The notes beneath the pieces are model-generated. The model saw nothing but the letters and a program-made list of their open reading frames with translations, had not been told where the DNA came from and ran no database searches. Position numbers and translations under genes: made by a program. From NCBI RefSeq assembly GCF_009914755.1, contig NC_060938.1: a stretch of DNA of 64,000 nucleotides. One strand, given 5' to 3'. Every line of letters begins with the position of its first letter. Position 1 is the stretch's first letter. Below, one piece after another: positions 14,030-28,444 of the stretch. This DNA comes from the human T2T-CHM13v2.0 reference genome, Homo sapiens.

Positions 14030-14469
14030 TTAACTCACGTTATGCCTTCAGCACTCCATTGCAAAGACACAATACCCCATGTTACACTTTTGCTCCCAGG
14101 ACCTTCTCCAATGCTGTGATAGCCAAACTGGCCTGAATATATGTATAGCTCAGAAGGGAACTAACGCTCTCAGGAGTAACTCTTAACCAATGAGGGATGG
14201 GAGCCAATGACTAAAATATTTCTGCCTCCTACACTTGGAAAAAAAGTTCTAGAAGACATTCTCTAAGCTTCTCAGGAGGTTGTGGCAAAATAAAGTCCCC
14301 TTTGCCCACAATGGAAATTTCAACAATACACTCTTATACTGACTTTTCGACTGTCCTGTTTCACTCTCCTCAGTTCCTCCTTCTGCTCCCAAGGATCATC
14401 TTGCAAATGAATAAATGACATACAAGTTCTTATCATAACTTCTGTTTCTGGAAAACTCAAGATAAGATA
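14030..14469 (+). mobile_element. LTR16-like ERVL LTR
   Basis: aaccaatgagggatgggagcc...3' end ttctgtttctggaaaactcaagataagata. Confidence 0.6.
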
Positions 14470-15149
14470 GTCCTCATCTCAGACAACTCTCCAACTGGAG
14501 AAATGGGGACAATTTTTCGTAACATACTGTCTCTATTCTGTAGCTCGCACTAAAACTTCATAAACATATTTTCAAGTTTGTTTTCTACTATGTAAAGATA
14601 TCCCTGGAAATTCAGAGAAAAAGAAAAACTTTTCTCATTCTTATAGTACCTCATTCTTGCAACGAAAAATCAGGTTTCATGACCTTTGCAATCTTATGAG
14701 ATTTAAAAATTTGTCTATCGAACATTAAAGCTGAACATTGACTTCTTTGCTTGCAGTTGTTTTGCCCTCTCCCTGAAGCAACACTAGCTTCCATTCCAGT
14801 GGACAGAGCTCCACAAGGTAAAAGATTTTTTAACTACCAAAAGCATTATCTTGACATATTTTATATTGAATTTAATTACAAAGAGAAAGTTCAGATTCTG
14901 TATAATTTAGATTAAAGTAGGATGAGGAGCAGTTAGAAAGTAAGAGTGAAACCAGAAGTCTGGGCTACCATTTCAATCAGCTTGGGAAGGAAGATAGTAG
15001 TAGATGGACAGGGTTATGGGCACATACGTGTTTTATTTATTTTGTATTTTATTGTATATTTGTTTGTTTCCATTATTCATCTCTTCTAGGTGCTGAATAT
15101 ATAGTAGTAAAAAATATAGTTAAAATAACCGCTGTTCATATGGAGTATG

Positions 15150-15500
15150 GCTAAACATGTAGGCATCCACCAAATATTCAGGCTCTGTGTTGCCATTCAA
15201 GGGTAGCTACCCAGTAAGAATTTCATTCACATCTTACCAGGTATTACCATTAGAATTTGAATGGAGGTAAAGGTGGTTATTTCTGTACTGTGGCCTTTAA
15301 GAAACAGGAATGATGCCTGGAATAACTTTAGTAGCTACAGTTAGAAGGTAGCAGAGCCTTAGTCAGCCTGGGTCACTATGTGGAGCATGACGCCCTCCCA
15401 AACCACTGATCATAAAAATTACTGAACATCTATGTGAGCCAAAAATAAACCATATTATGTTAGCCTACTCAAATGTAAGGGTCTGGTTGTTTCAACCACT
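15150..15500 (+). mobile_element. Old MLT1 LTR (MLT1J/K-like)
   Basis: tcagcctgggtcactatgtggagc...gtgagccaaaaataaacc...ggttgtttc. Confidence 0.5.
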
Positions 15501-15509
15501 ACTGAGAAT

Positions 15510-16760
15510 TATATTTGGTGGGAGGGACAGACAAAAACAAGATAAATAACTAAAACATGTATTTTGTTATGAACAGAGCAAAGGCCATCGCAGGCAGAAA
15601 GAATATCAGGTGCAAAAGTCTCGGCTACAAGCATACTAGATTGTTGGAGGAAGAGATAAAGGGCCATCATGGCTGGGGCAGAAATTAGAGACGATGAAGA
15701 TGTCGGTATAATTTGTAATGGGAACAAATAATGTAGGGTCCTGTAGACCATTGCGAGTAGCTGGACTGTTATTCAGAATGGAATGAATATTTGTAATATT
15801 TTGAGTGTAATTTGCCTTGTGTTTCACCACACTTCCTCTAGCTTCTTCTTCACTGGTTGAGAATATGTTGAGAGTAAATACAGAGAGACCAGTTCAGAGA
15901 CCTCAGGTGAGAGATAACTGTGACTTTGATAAAGGTGTGATGGCACTGGAGGTGTGGCAAGAATTTGTATCCTAGATACATTTAGCCTAAAATATGAGGT
16001 ATGAGAGCGAAGGAAGAGCTAAAGAAGGCTCCAAGATTTTATCCTGAAAAACTGGAAGGATACATTTGCCATTCACTGCATTACAGAACACTGTGAGGGG
16101 CACAGGTTTGAGCTGTGGGGCATAAAAGAAGCTCAGTTTAGGGTATGTTATGTTTATATTCATAATAAATATCTAAGTGGAGGGAGCAAGTAGGCAGGTG
16201 GTTTTGTTAGTCTAGAGTTCAAAGAAGAAATTTGTGCTGGAGGCATTCATATAGGAATTGTCAGCTTATATTTAAAGCTCTGACAGTTATGAAAATCTAA
16301 AGGAAATGAATTTAGAGAGAGTGAGAAGTCTAAGTCGTAAGCTCTCAGCAATCCTACTTCAAAGGTCAGGGAGATAAGAAGAAATCAGCAAAGGAGAACG
16401 TGGAGAAGAAACCAAAGAGTTAGTAAGAAAACCAGACCAGTGTCACATCTTAGGAGCCAAGTGAAGAAGGTGGCTCAAAGAAAAGGGTGATTACCTATAG
16501 CAAATGTTTCTGGAATATCAAAATATCACAACTGAGAAATAATCACTGAGTTTAATAATGCTGGTTGGTGATCTTCATACAAGAAATTTTGATAAGAGAC
16601 AAGGAGAGAAAGAAATTTGAAACAGGGTAGATGACACTTGCAAGTTTTTCTATAAAGGGAGGACAGAAATAGAGCAATAGTTGAAGGTGGAAATGGGCTA
16701 AGAGGAGAGTGGTTTTAAGATGGAAAAGTATAATAGTATGCTTTTATAAGGATAGATATA
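15510..16760 (-). mobile_element. L2 LINE fragment
   Basis: Antisense L2 motifs (ggctccaagattttatcctg, ggagccaagtgaagaagg). Confidence 0.7.
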
Positions 16761-17092
16761 TGCAGTAGAAGAAAATTAACTTTTTAGTATTTATAACATA
16801 TATCGAATATTAATGTATATTTGCAATTGAAATAAACTCACATGTAGTATGTTTGTTAATAAGAAGACTTAGGAGGACTATATTGAAGATAAAAGAGAAA
16901 AAAGGAGTGCATGATAGTTTAATATTTCCGAAAAGTCAAGGGAGTATCTAATTGAGATCAGGGAAGGAGACATAATTCCTCCATGTTAACAAGAGAAAGG
17001 TCTGAAAGGGTGACTGATAGTAGATTCATAACTAGGGAGATGGGTAGAAAAATATGGTAGGTAATGTCTAACGGCTTCTATTATCTCTCTGA

Positions 17093-18105
<1,013 letters not shown>

Positions 18106-18331
18106 AACAAAAATGAAATTGCCAAAGCCATAACAATTCTGTGTAAAATGTGTGAAAGTTGAGCAGTGTTTTTTTTTTTTTTTCTTGGAGCTACTGTTGT
18201 ATACTTTGCAAACTTTTTTTTCTTGGGAGAAGAAGATTAGCAAAATCTGAATTTATCCCAGTGTTCTTCAGGTGTGCAATTCTTTTCTGGTGTCAAAACT
18301 TCATACCCTTTCCTGCCTTTCTGAATGCCCA

Positions 18332-18858
18332 TGTGGCAGGCTGGTTCTAAAAGAGTTCCCAATAATTCCCACCTTCTGATATTCACACTCTGGTGCAATT
18401 TCCTCCTCTTGTATATGGGTTGCCCCTAGTGACTAGCTTCTAATTAATAGAATACGGCAAAAGTGATGGGATGTTACTTCTGAATAAGGTTAGAAGAAAT
18501 TCTGTTTTCTATCCCTTCCTTGCTCTCCCTTGCTTCTCGCTCTCTGGCTACTTTAATGAAGCTAGCTGCCATGTTTGGAGTTGCTTTATGGAGAGACCCA
18601 TGTGACAAGGAACTGAGATCCTTAGACTCTCAGTCCACAGAGAACTGAATCGTACCGATACCCACCAAGTAATCTTGGAAGCAAATTATTCATCAGTTGA
18701 ACTTTGAGATGACTACTGCTTCAGTGGACACTTTGATTGCAACCTTGGGAAAATCTCTAATTTCTGACCCACAAGTATTGTGAGACAACAAATATATGTT
18801 TTTTTTTAACAGTTATATCTTGTGGAAATTGGTTAAACAGCAATAGATAACTACTATA
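18332..18858 (+). mobile_element. MLT1 solo LTR (MLT1F-like)
   Basis: tgtggcaggctgg...ggcaaaagtgatgggatgttacttc...agcaatagataactact. Confidence 0.8.
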
Positions 18859-18944
18859 CCCTTATATTTCCATTCCTGCTTTAGGTTCCTTGCAAATTTT
18901 ACAGCTTTTTTGAAATACTGACCTCAGATTTTCACGTTTCTTCT

Positions 18945-19177
18945 TTCTTTTTTTAACTTTTATTTTAAGTTCAGGGATATATGTGCAGGTTTGTTACATA
19001 GCTAAACTTGTGTCATGGGGGTTTGTTGTACAGATTGTTCCCTCACCCAGGTATTAGGCCTAGTACCCATTAGTTATTTTTCCCGATCCTCTCCCTCCTC
19101 CCAACCTCTACCCTCCAAAAGGCCCTAGTATGTATTGTTCCCCTGTATCTGTCCATGTGCTCTCATTATTCAGCTCT
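18945..19177 (-). mobile_element. L1PA (older, about PA11-13) 3'UTR
   Basis: poly(T) followed by ttaagttcaggg...gtgcaggtttgttacatag...cctagtacccattagtt. Confidence 0.85.
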
Positions 19178-19179
19178 TC

Positions 19180-19830
<651 letters not shown>

Positions 19831-19986
19831 CTTTACTTTGCATTTTCTAAGTTCTTGTTATTGTCCTTTCCTAAAGTAAAAAGAAGTGGCTTAGGGCAAA
19901 AACATTTGCTTTTTCTCTTTATCTCTACCTACAGAAGAATTCTTTCTCAAATATGTTTAACCTGCTGCTAATCTTCCTTCTTACAG

Positions 19987-20065
19987 CTGGCTCACTATTA
20001 ACTTTTCCATGTCCAAAGGTCTTCATGAGCAATATTCTCACCATTTTTATTTTGCACAAAATGAG
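19987..20065 (+). other. Candidate exon (79 nt)
   Basis: gctaat branch-like site + cttccttcttacAG acceptor; GAG|GTAAAA donor. Confidence 0.25.
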
Positions 20066-20529
20066 GTAAAAACAAAAAAAAATGATTTTGACATATATTA
20101 CATTTTCAAACTTGTGTTTTTCTGTATTTTGATACTATGTTCATCCATATTTTCATACAGCAACATATTATCTGCATTATTAAAATTTTCTTTGTTATGT
20201 TTATGCAAAAAGTGTTGGCTTCCTGAGTGAAGTTTGAAATTTAAAAAAATTAAGAATATTAAAAATATTAATTATTAATACTTTGTTTTCCCTAGACTGT
20301 TTCTTAAAAAGTTATATATATATACATATATATATATATATTTAAGAGGTAATAGAATTTTCTTCTTCATCATTTTTAATACCAGTTCTCACTCTGTCAT
20401 TTGTCCTAAAAAAAAAATCTTTGATTAGATTAAATATAGCTTTAGTTTAGTGAAATCAGGTTAACTCAAAGGCTAAAGGTTGGCCTGCCCATATTTTAAT
20501 CAAAAGGCAAGCTAAACTCATTTAGAATT

Positions 20530-20720
20530 CTACTACAACAGAAAACTTCAGTCGGCTAAATTCTAGATAATCAGCTTTGGACAGATTATTTAGCTTTATT
20601 GCGCCTACGTTTTCTGGTATATGAAATGGGAAGATAAAAATAGTAATATATTAATTCCTTCAAAGGAAAGATGAGAAATGATACATGTGTCAGCATTTTG
20701 TACACTATAAAATACTGTGC
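20530..20720 (+). mobile_element. MIR
   Basis: ctttggacagattatttagc...tgaaatgggaagataa core. Confidence 0.55.
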
Positions 20721-21136
20721 ATTTTAGAAAACTTTATTTTAAAAGTATTTCATACAAAGAATGGTAAGTAAAATGAATAAGTGATATGCTTCTGAAATTT
20801 TACAAGATTTTGAATATCACTACTCATTTCTTTCCTACCTAGAAAAATGAGAACATGCTGACCTAGTTTTCTTCAATTTACAATATTCTTAAATGTTAAG
20901 TCAATTCTTTTATATCTTTACCTCATTTTTTATACTGTGGAGTGACCACAAACAAACAGTAATTTGGAAGTCAAAAATTCTTAGAAGATGTATTAGTTTA
21001 TGAAATCATAGTGAAATAAAAAATCACAGAAGAGTTAACCTGAGAAGAAAGCTACAGAAAATACGATATGTATTGGAAGAAAGAAACATTAAAATGAGCT
21101 CATTTTTATAAGAAAATGGTTCTTATTTTATAACAG

Positions 21137-21194
21137 ATGCATGTCCTTTCACAATTACAGAAGCTGAAATATAACTATAATCTACAACCATAAG
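21137..21194 (+). other. Candidate exon (58 nt)
   Basis: ttcttattttataacAG acceptor; strong AAG|GTAAGA donor. Confidence 0.35.
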
Positions 21195-22098
21195 GTAAGA
21201 TTTCCATCTTTATGTGACATGACAAATGTACCAAGCCAAGACTTTCCCATAAACAAAATTGCTTTCTCCGACTCAAACTTTAATGCAAGGTATCAATCAT
21301 GTGGTGGATTTTATTACTCAGAATTTAGCTTTGTTTCTTGACAGATTGCTTGCATTCAGCTTGAAGTACAATTGTATATCATCCCTATTATATACACATA
21401 TGAATTTGTGAACCCTTTTTTATTTTAAAAAGAGTATTATAAATGGGAAGAAATACCTGGTGAGGTAGAATGAGTTAGACATTGACGATTTTAACTCAAT
21501 GGTATGGTTTTGATAACACGTCATTATTTATCCACAGTAGGTCTGAGGCTGCAGGATTTATATAATATATCAGGGGATAGCAATGTCTCATGGCTCTATA
21601 AAGAATCCCTTTATTTTGACATCTTTTCTTTCTCTTTCATATGTTTCTATTTGTAAAACCATGCTCATTTTGAATAAAAAGGCAGTAACTATACCAAGAC
21701 AATGCACTGACTAGACAATACATTTATAGGATGCATATTCATAGAGCAAGACCACCAAAAGTACATTTAAAAAAAATAAATCTACTATTACATATACAGA
21801 TAATTGCAGGTAGTGAAAACAACACATGCTATTTGTGGTCAGGAGTTCTTACACTCTATAAGTAGTTTTAGTTTAAAAGGGGCTATAATGACCTATATCA
21901 TTCACAGTCTACCATGAATTTATTATTCTTTGGGCACACAAATAAATAACAATACATATTAAAATGAGGAGATAGAGCTATGAAATGAAGCATTCACACC
22001 TAAAGTTGCCATACAATTTTCAGTCTACTTCTAGGTAGGAAAGGTGTAAAGAATCTCTAGTGCTGTCCTGTCCAGAGGGCCACATTGGGAATTGTATT

Positions 22099-22110
22099 TG
22101 CTGACGTCAT
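22099..22110. promoter_or_regulatory. Full CRE (TGACGTCA, 22102-22109) with overlapping Maf half-site TGCTGAC
   Basis: Exact palindrome with an intact CpG in otherwise CpG-depleted unique DNA. Confidence 0.4.
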
Positions 22111-23639
22111 GGCAGATACGCAATCCTACTAAATTCCAGCTGCTCGTGAATAAGCAGAATACTTTAAAAACCTTTTAACCTATCTGTGATGAAAAATACA
22201 TGCTGGTTTAAACTCCTTTAGAACTTTAAATTAGCCACTGCAGCACACTGGGCTGCATGGCCCAGTAGTCCTAAAACTATCAAATGTTAAGAAGAAAATA
22301 AGCTCTGGGATTCCCCTGACGCCCTTCAAAAAAACAAAAAAAAAAACAAAAAACCTTAACCAAGTCCATTTAGATGGCTTTCCTTCTTAGCAAAACATTT
22401 AACTTTCAGGACTGCCTTAGCTGTCATACTGTTGGGTATGATTTTTGTTATTGAAAGTAAAGGATAAAAGCCTGATCCCAATGCAATCAAATTTAACTTG
22501 GCATAACTGACTAAGAACCATATTCAAATGCTTAGAAGTGGAGATACTTTTAGATAACTCATTTCTATGTAATCCCTACTTAAATGTGCTTATACAGATG
22601 AGTCCTATCTCCACGGCTTTGCTTTTAACAATGCTAAAATGAAATAAAAGAGCTGCTAAATACATTTCATTATTGTTTTGAGAAGTCTGGTTTAAATACT
22701 TGAGTTGTGAGGCATCATGGGCTCAGTGTCTGCATGATCAAGTGTTCAGCTTTCTTAAGGCTGAGTCTCATCAAGCTTAACTTTCAGCTGTGTGGAAATC
22801 TGGCTATAAAGGGTAGGTCTAGATTCCTGACAACTGCTTTCTTTCTCCTGCTCTGAGTAAAAGTCAAGAAACTGTTCTCTCATCTAATTGATAAGAAATA
22901 TATTTCTCATGGTAATGTCATAATCCTTTAAAATCCCGATCTTCATGAGAAATGAGTATATGCCCTGTTATTAGTGGCCACAGGATGAAGCTTCCATAGC
23001 AAGCTTATATCCCCAAGTTCATTTTTGGAAGCCATTCTCATTATTAACTGTTCTTGATCACATATGTTGTTATATAATTTAACCAGAACACTATTAGTGG
23101 CCATTCACCAAGGACTAGAATTAGCACATGGTCTCATAAGATTACCTGGGGTAATATATGATTTTCTTAGTATTGAACACAGAATCAATATCTGTCATAT
23201 ACGAAGAGTTTAATAAACATAAGGTATTGGATGTGTAGGCAATAATTTCATGAGTATTTTAACATATATTCAATATCAAATAAATCCACTGTTTATTTAG
23301 TTTTTATGAAGACTACAAATAATATCCTTAGCATTTTATTTATTATTGTGTTAAATATCATTAAGCCAGTTTTATGTATTATTTCAGCAAATGTATAAAA
23401 TACTTAACAGTGCCTGGCATTCAGAAGGAAATCAATAGTAATACTTATCACTATCTGCCTGCGTTACACATGTCCCTTTGTAAACTAACCTGCTTAGCTC
23501 TACTGTGAGTCAATTATACTCCAAGCTGCATAAAGACACCAGTGAAGACCCCCTCTATGTACAGCAGGAACGCTTACCAATAGTACATGTGATTAGATGT
23601 AACCTGTAATAATGTGTGTTTGGTTTAAGTTTCTACATA

Positions 23640-23835
23640 GGACACATTTGTGTAGAACTATTCTTGTTGAGGTACAATAGAATTATTAATAATAGTAAGT
23701 TAGTGCTGTTACTTCCACTTTCTAGATGAGGAAACTGAGGGTTTAACTTGCCGAAGATCAAGCAAATAACAAGTGGCATAATGAATTTCAAGCTAACACT
23801 CCCTGACACTCTAACCCCGGAACTTACTACCATTT
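23640..23835 (-). mobile_element. MIR
   Basis: ttctagatgaggaaactgagggtttaacttgccgaagatca core. Confidence 0.75.
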
Positions 23836-24259
23836 TGCTTAAAAAGCAGAAAGCTTTTTTAAGCAGCGGTATAATTTGAAGGGCAAGTGAAAGTTTCCAG
23901 GCCCTAGAATAAGTTCCAAAGATTTTACTATTTTTAGAAATAAAATTCAGAAAGCAATAAAATATTTATAATTTTCAAAGGTGTCCTATCTCAAGGCAAA
24001 TTCCTGATGAAAAGTATTTCTGGAATAGTATCAGAGAAGGTAAATGACGCTTCTCCCCACTCCATACCAGGCCCATAGAAAATATCCACAATAAACCGTC
24101 ACATACTTCCACTGAGCCTAAATGTTGCCTTAGTCCCTCTGTTAATACTGTGGTCCCGGCAGCACTTCCAACAGTGTGAACAAGCACACAGGTGAAAACT
24201 TTTCTCATCCTATTTTAGGTCCTCTCATTTCTGTTAATAGACTGGAAAAGATTATTGAC

Positions 24260-25300
24260 ATTATTTGTTGTAGGTTCACTATTTCCCAGGCGCTATGCCA
24301 AATACTGGGACTATAACCACAGCAGACATAGTACCTGCCCTCAAGGAACTTCCAAGCCATGAAGAAAGAAGACTGAAAAAAAAAAAAACCTACCATTACA
24401 ATGCTGCTAAAATAGTAATATTGAAAAAGCATAGATGTATATACAGAGTAAAGAAGAAAATCAGATCTCAGAATGTAAGTGGTTGTAGGGAACAATTCCA
24501 AAGGAGAGTGATATTTGAGCTAATTTTAAAAATATAGACCAAAGTTAATTGAAGAAAAATTATGAGAGATAGATAGGTCCTCCTAGGCCAAGAAAACAGC
24601 ATACAGTAGGTCGATTAAGAATATCGGACAATACGTAAGACTGGGAAGGTAAACAAAGCTAGGTTATGGTTGTTTGACTTGCTATAGTCTGTCTTTTATC
24701 TTAAAGAGGTGTGGAGACATTTCAGCTTTTTAAACAGTTACATGACAGAATCACCTATGCTTTATAAAGTTCCTAAGTATGCTACAATAGATCCATTGGA
24801 AGGGAGCAGTGTTTGGGTAGGGGACTTTTCTGAGGCTGAACCTGCAATAGTCCAAGTGAAAAATTATGAAAACCTGAATTAAGGAAATCAAAGTGAAAAT
24901 GGAGAGGAGAGGAATGATTAGGGAGATACTGAGGAAGCAGAATTTATGGGACTTTGAGATTAAATGGAGATGGTAAAATGTGGAAATGGGAGGAATCTAG
25001 GGGGAAGCCTAGATCTCTAGTTTGAGTAAATCAATGCATGATGATTCAATTTAATAAAAGAGGGAACACAAGAGAAGGTAGGGTTTTGAATGGAAGGTGA
25101 TGAACTCAGTTTAGGATGGCTTAAGTTTGACACGACCATAGAGTTTTCATATAAAGTTGCACGATTTGCAGTTCAAAATAAAGATCTGAAGCACAGAAGA
25201 CAGTAGATCTGATATCTACGTAATAATTTAAAAACAAGGGCACAGATAAACTCATCCAAGAAAAGCATGTTGAACCAATGAAAGCTCTGATTTGAGATTG
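24260..25300 (-). mobile_element. L2 LINE fragment
   Basis: cccaggcgctatgccaaatactggg...gacatagtacctgccctcaaggaactt and downstream purine-rich L2 body. Confidence 0.7.
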
Positions 25301-25304
25301 TAGG

Positions 25305-25530
25305 AGACAGTGTAACATAGTTACGACAGTGAGCACGACAACCAGATTCCCAAGGTTCAGGTCCTTGTTCCAACACTTATCATGTGTTGAGAGAATTTCT
25401 TAACCTCTCTATGTAAAACATGGGTAATAATAGCACCTGCAAGATAAGGTTATTTTGGAATGTTAATATATGCAAAGGCTTAGAACATGTTCTATCACAC
25501 TGTACATGCGTAATAAATATTAGCTATTGC
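25305..25530 (+). mobile_element. MIR
   Basis: cagtgtaacatagtt...taatagcacctgc...taataaatattagctatt. Confidence 0.65.
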
Positions 25531-25621
25531 AATGATGAGGTTGATTGTTGATGATGACACAACAAATTATACAGCTTTTCTTCACTCTAGAGATCTTTGA
25601 GTTTAGAAGATAAATAAAAAC

Positions 25622-25915
25622 GGCCAGGCGCTGTGGCTCACACCTGTAATCCCAGCACTTTGGGAAGCCGAGGCGGGCGGATCACGAGGTCAGGAGATCG
25701 AGACCATCCTCGCTAACACGGTAAAAGCCCGTCTCTACTAAAAATACAAAAAATTAGCCGGGCGCGTTGGCGGGCGCCTGTGGTCCCAGCTACTCCGGAG
25801 GCTGAGGCAGGAGAATGGCGTGAATCCGGGAGGCGGAGCTTGCATTAAGCCCAGATCGCGCCACTGCACTCCAGCCTGGGCAAAAGAGTGAGACTCCGTC
25901 TCAAAAAAAAAAAAA
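25622..25915 (+). mobile_element. AluY
   Basis: CpG-rich; gagatcgagaccatcct and gaatggcgtgaa; 17-bp TSD agaagataaataaaaac at 25605-25621 and 25916-25932. Confidence 0.97.
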
Positions 25916-27445
25916 AGAAGATAAATAAAAACACACAACTAAAAGAAATGCTGAGTGAGTGCTAGAATGGATGGAGATATTGGTAACATAGTAGCAATAA
26001 CATACCTCAAGTTGGACAATGGCAATCTTCGGTACCAAAAAGAGGCACCAGTGTGGAAGCCCAAGAAAGATGTTAGCAAAGATAAATGATTTGTTTAAGG
26101 CCAACTCTGCCCATAAACTTCATTTCTTATGTAGTACAAAGGACACAGTCCAAAATGAAAAAAAAAAAAACATTTTTAAAAGCATGATGCCTTAAATATA
26201 TGACAGGCTGTGGAAGGTGGATTCAGCAGTTTTTTATTATGGCTCTAATTGATCAAACCAAGGATACTAGGTAGAAGTCATAGGAGACAGACACACAAGA
26301 CAGAGCACCTAAAATCAAACCTACCCACACAGGTAGAATAGGCAGTCTTAGAGGTAATAAATAAAAGTACCTTTTCATAATAGGTGTTCAAGCAAAGATT
26401 AAGCTGTGCTTATCAAGTATACAATAAAAATGATTCAAACATCATTTTTGAAGGTCTGACTAGATGATATTTTATGGCCTTTTCCTATTCTAAGATTATG
26501 TGATAGCTAAAATAATTGAAACACTTTATATCTCTAATATGCATGGAACAGTTTGGGGTTATTAGGGGATACTGTTACCCCCTAGTATCGTCACTAATTT
26601 TTTATTGCACTTCCAACTATAAAGGGAAGCTGAAGAACCCTCTGGGTCCTCATAGGAGACCTTATAAATGGAGCCTGTCCCTTCTCTTTCAAAACAGATG
26701 AAATCCCCACTAGTATTTTTAGCAAGACTTGGAGGCATATTCTATCGACTCCTTTCCTTCAGCATGGACTGATTTTCTCTAATCTGGATTTACTATATCC
26801 TCAAGTTTTCTACTTAAGATAGCTGGCCAGATTTATGCTACTTCTGATTTTGTTGTTTTTTTAAGCAAATATCTGGCTTCATTTTCCCCTGTGTCACACA
26901 AAACTCATAGTACCCTAGATAATTAAAGGAAAGTCTAGGGCACATCTATATTTTTACATTATTTCCACTATTCAAAGAGACTCCCCAACTTAAATAAGCA
27001 CTCAATTAATCACCTGTAGATATAGATAGAACTAACATATACCTTTAAAGTGAGGTTATTAAGTGATTAAAGTCAAACTATATATAATATCTAGCATATT
27101 TATGTTAAGTAAAAGTAATGGTAATATCACTTTTAGTGATGAAAGTGACACTTATGCATTATTTTAGGGATAAAAGAAATAAGCACAAGTTACCAAAAAA
27201 CATAAGATAACCAGATTCCAAAGGTTGTTCTCATTTAAAAATATGCACACTGTTTATAAACATTTTATAAATGCTTATACATAAGCACAAAGAAAAAAGT
27301 AAGTCCTCCATTCTAACTAGAAATAACCACTAAAAATAAGTGTTTTCCAAAATATTTTTCAACAAGTTTTTAATGCCTGTATTCCATTAATTTTGTTTTC
27401 TTTTTAATCACAAATAATGCCACTATTAATATCCCTTTAGATATC

Positions 27446-28054
27446 TGTATTAAATTTCTATTGATGTGTAACAAATTACCACATATTTAACAGACCTATT
27501 TGTTTTCTCACATTTCTGTAGGTCAGAAGCCCAGGCAGAAGAGCATGGCTCGGTCCTCTGCTCAGAGTCTCACCAGGATACATCGAAGTATTTTTCTGGG
27601 TCTGCAAACTTATAGGAGGCTCAGGATTCTCTCCCAAAATCAATAGTTGTTGGCAGAATTCATTTTCTTGTGACTGTAGGATTGAGTTTCTTGTTTTCAC
27701 ACTGGTTGTTGGCCAGGGGCAGCCCTTAGCTATTAGAGGCTATCCACAATTTCTTGCCATGTGGCCACCTTCATAGGCCCTCTGACAACACGGTTATGTG
27801 CTGCTTCAAGGCCAGCAGGGGAATATGACACTTCAAATCAAGAAGGTCCCAGCCCCTTTTAAGAGATCATCTGATTAAGTCAGGCCCACCAGAGCTAATT
27901 TATATTTTGATTAACTCAGAATCAACTAATTTAATCATGAAGTAAAATCCATCCTATTCATAGGTTCTGCTCACACTCAAGGAAAGGAGGTAATAAAGGG
28001 CCTCAATATCAGGGACTGAGATTTAGGAAGCCATCTCAGTATTTGGTTTACCAC
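27446..28054 (-). mobile_element. MLT1 solo LTR (MLT1E-like)
   Basis: tgtattaaatttctattg...aacaaattaccac...ttctgtaggtcagaag...taccaca. Confidence 0.75.
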
Positions 28055-28089
28055 AAAATCCTGCTATATAATTTTTTCCAGATTGTTAA

Positions 28090-28429
<340 letters not shown>

Positions 28430-28444
28430 GTCCACTGAGTTTTA

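Noticed and set aside
9682-14553. Exact 16-bp direct repeat ctgtagctcgcactaa at 9682-9697 and 14538-14553 (possible TSD)
   Set aside because: No poly(A) or single element lies between the copies and the flanks do not align; about one 16-mer match is expected by chance in 64 kb
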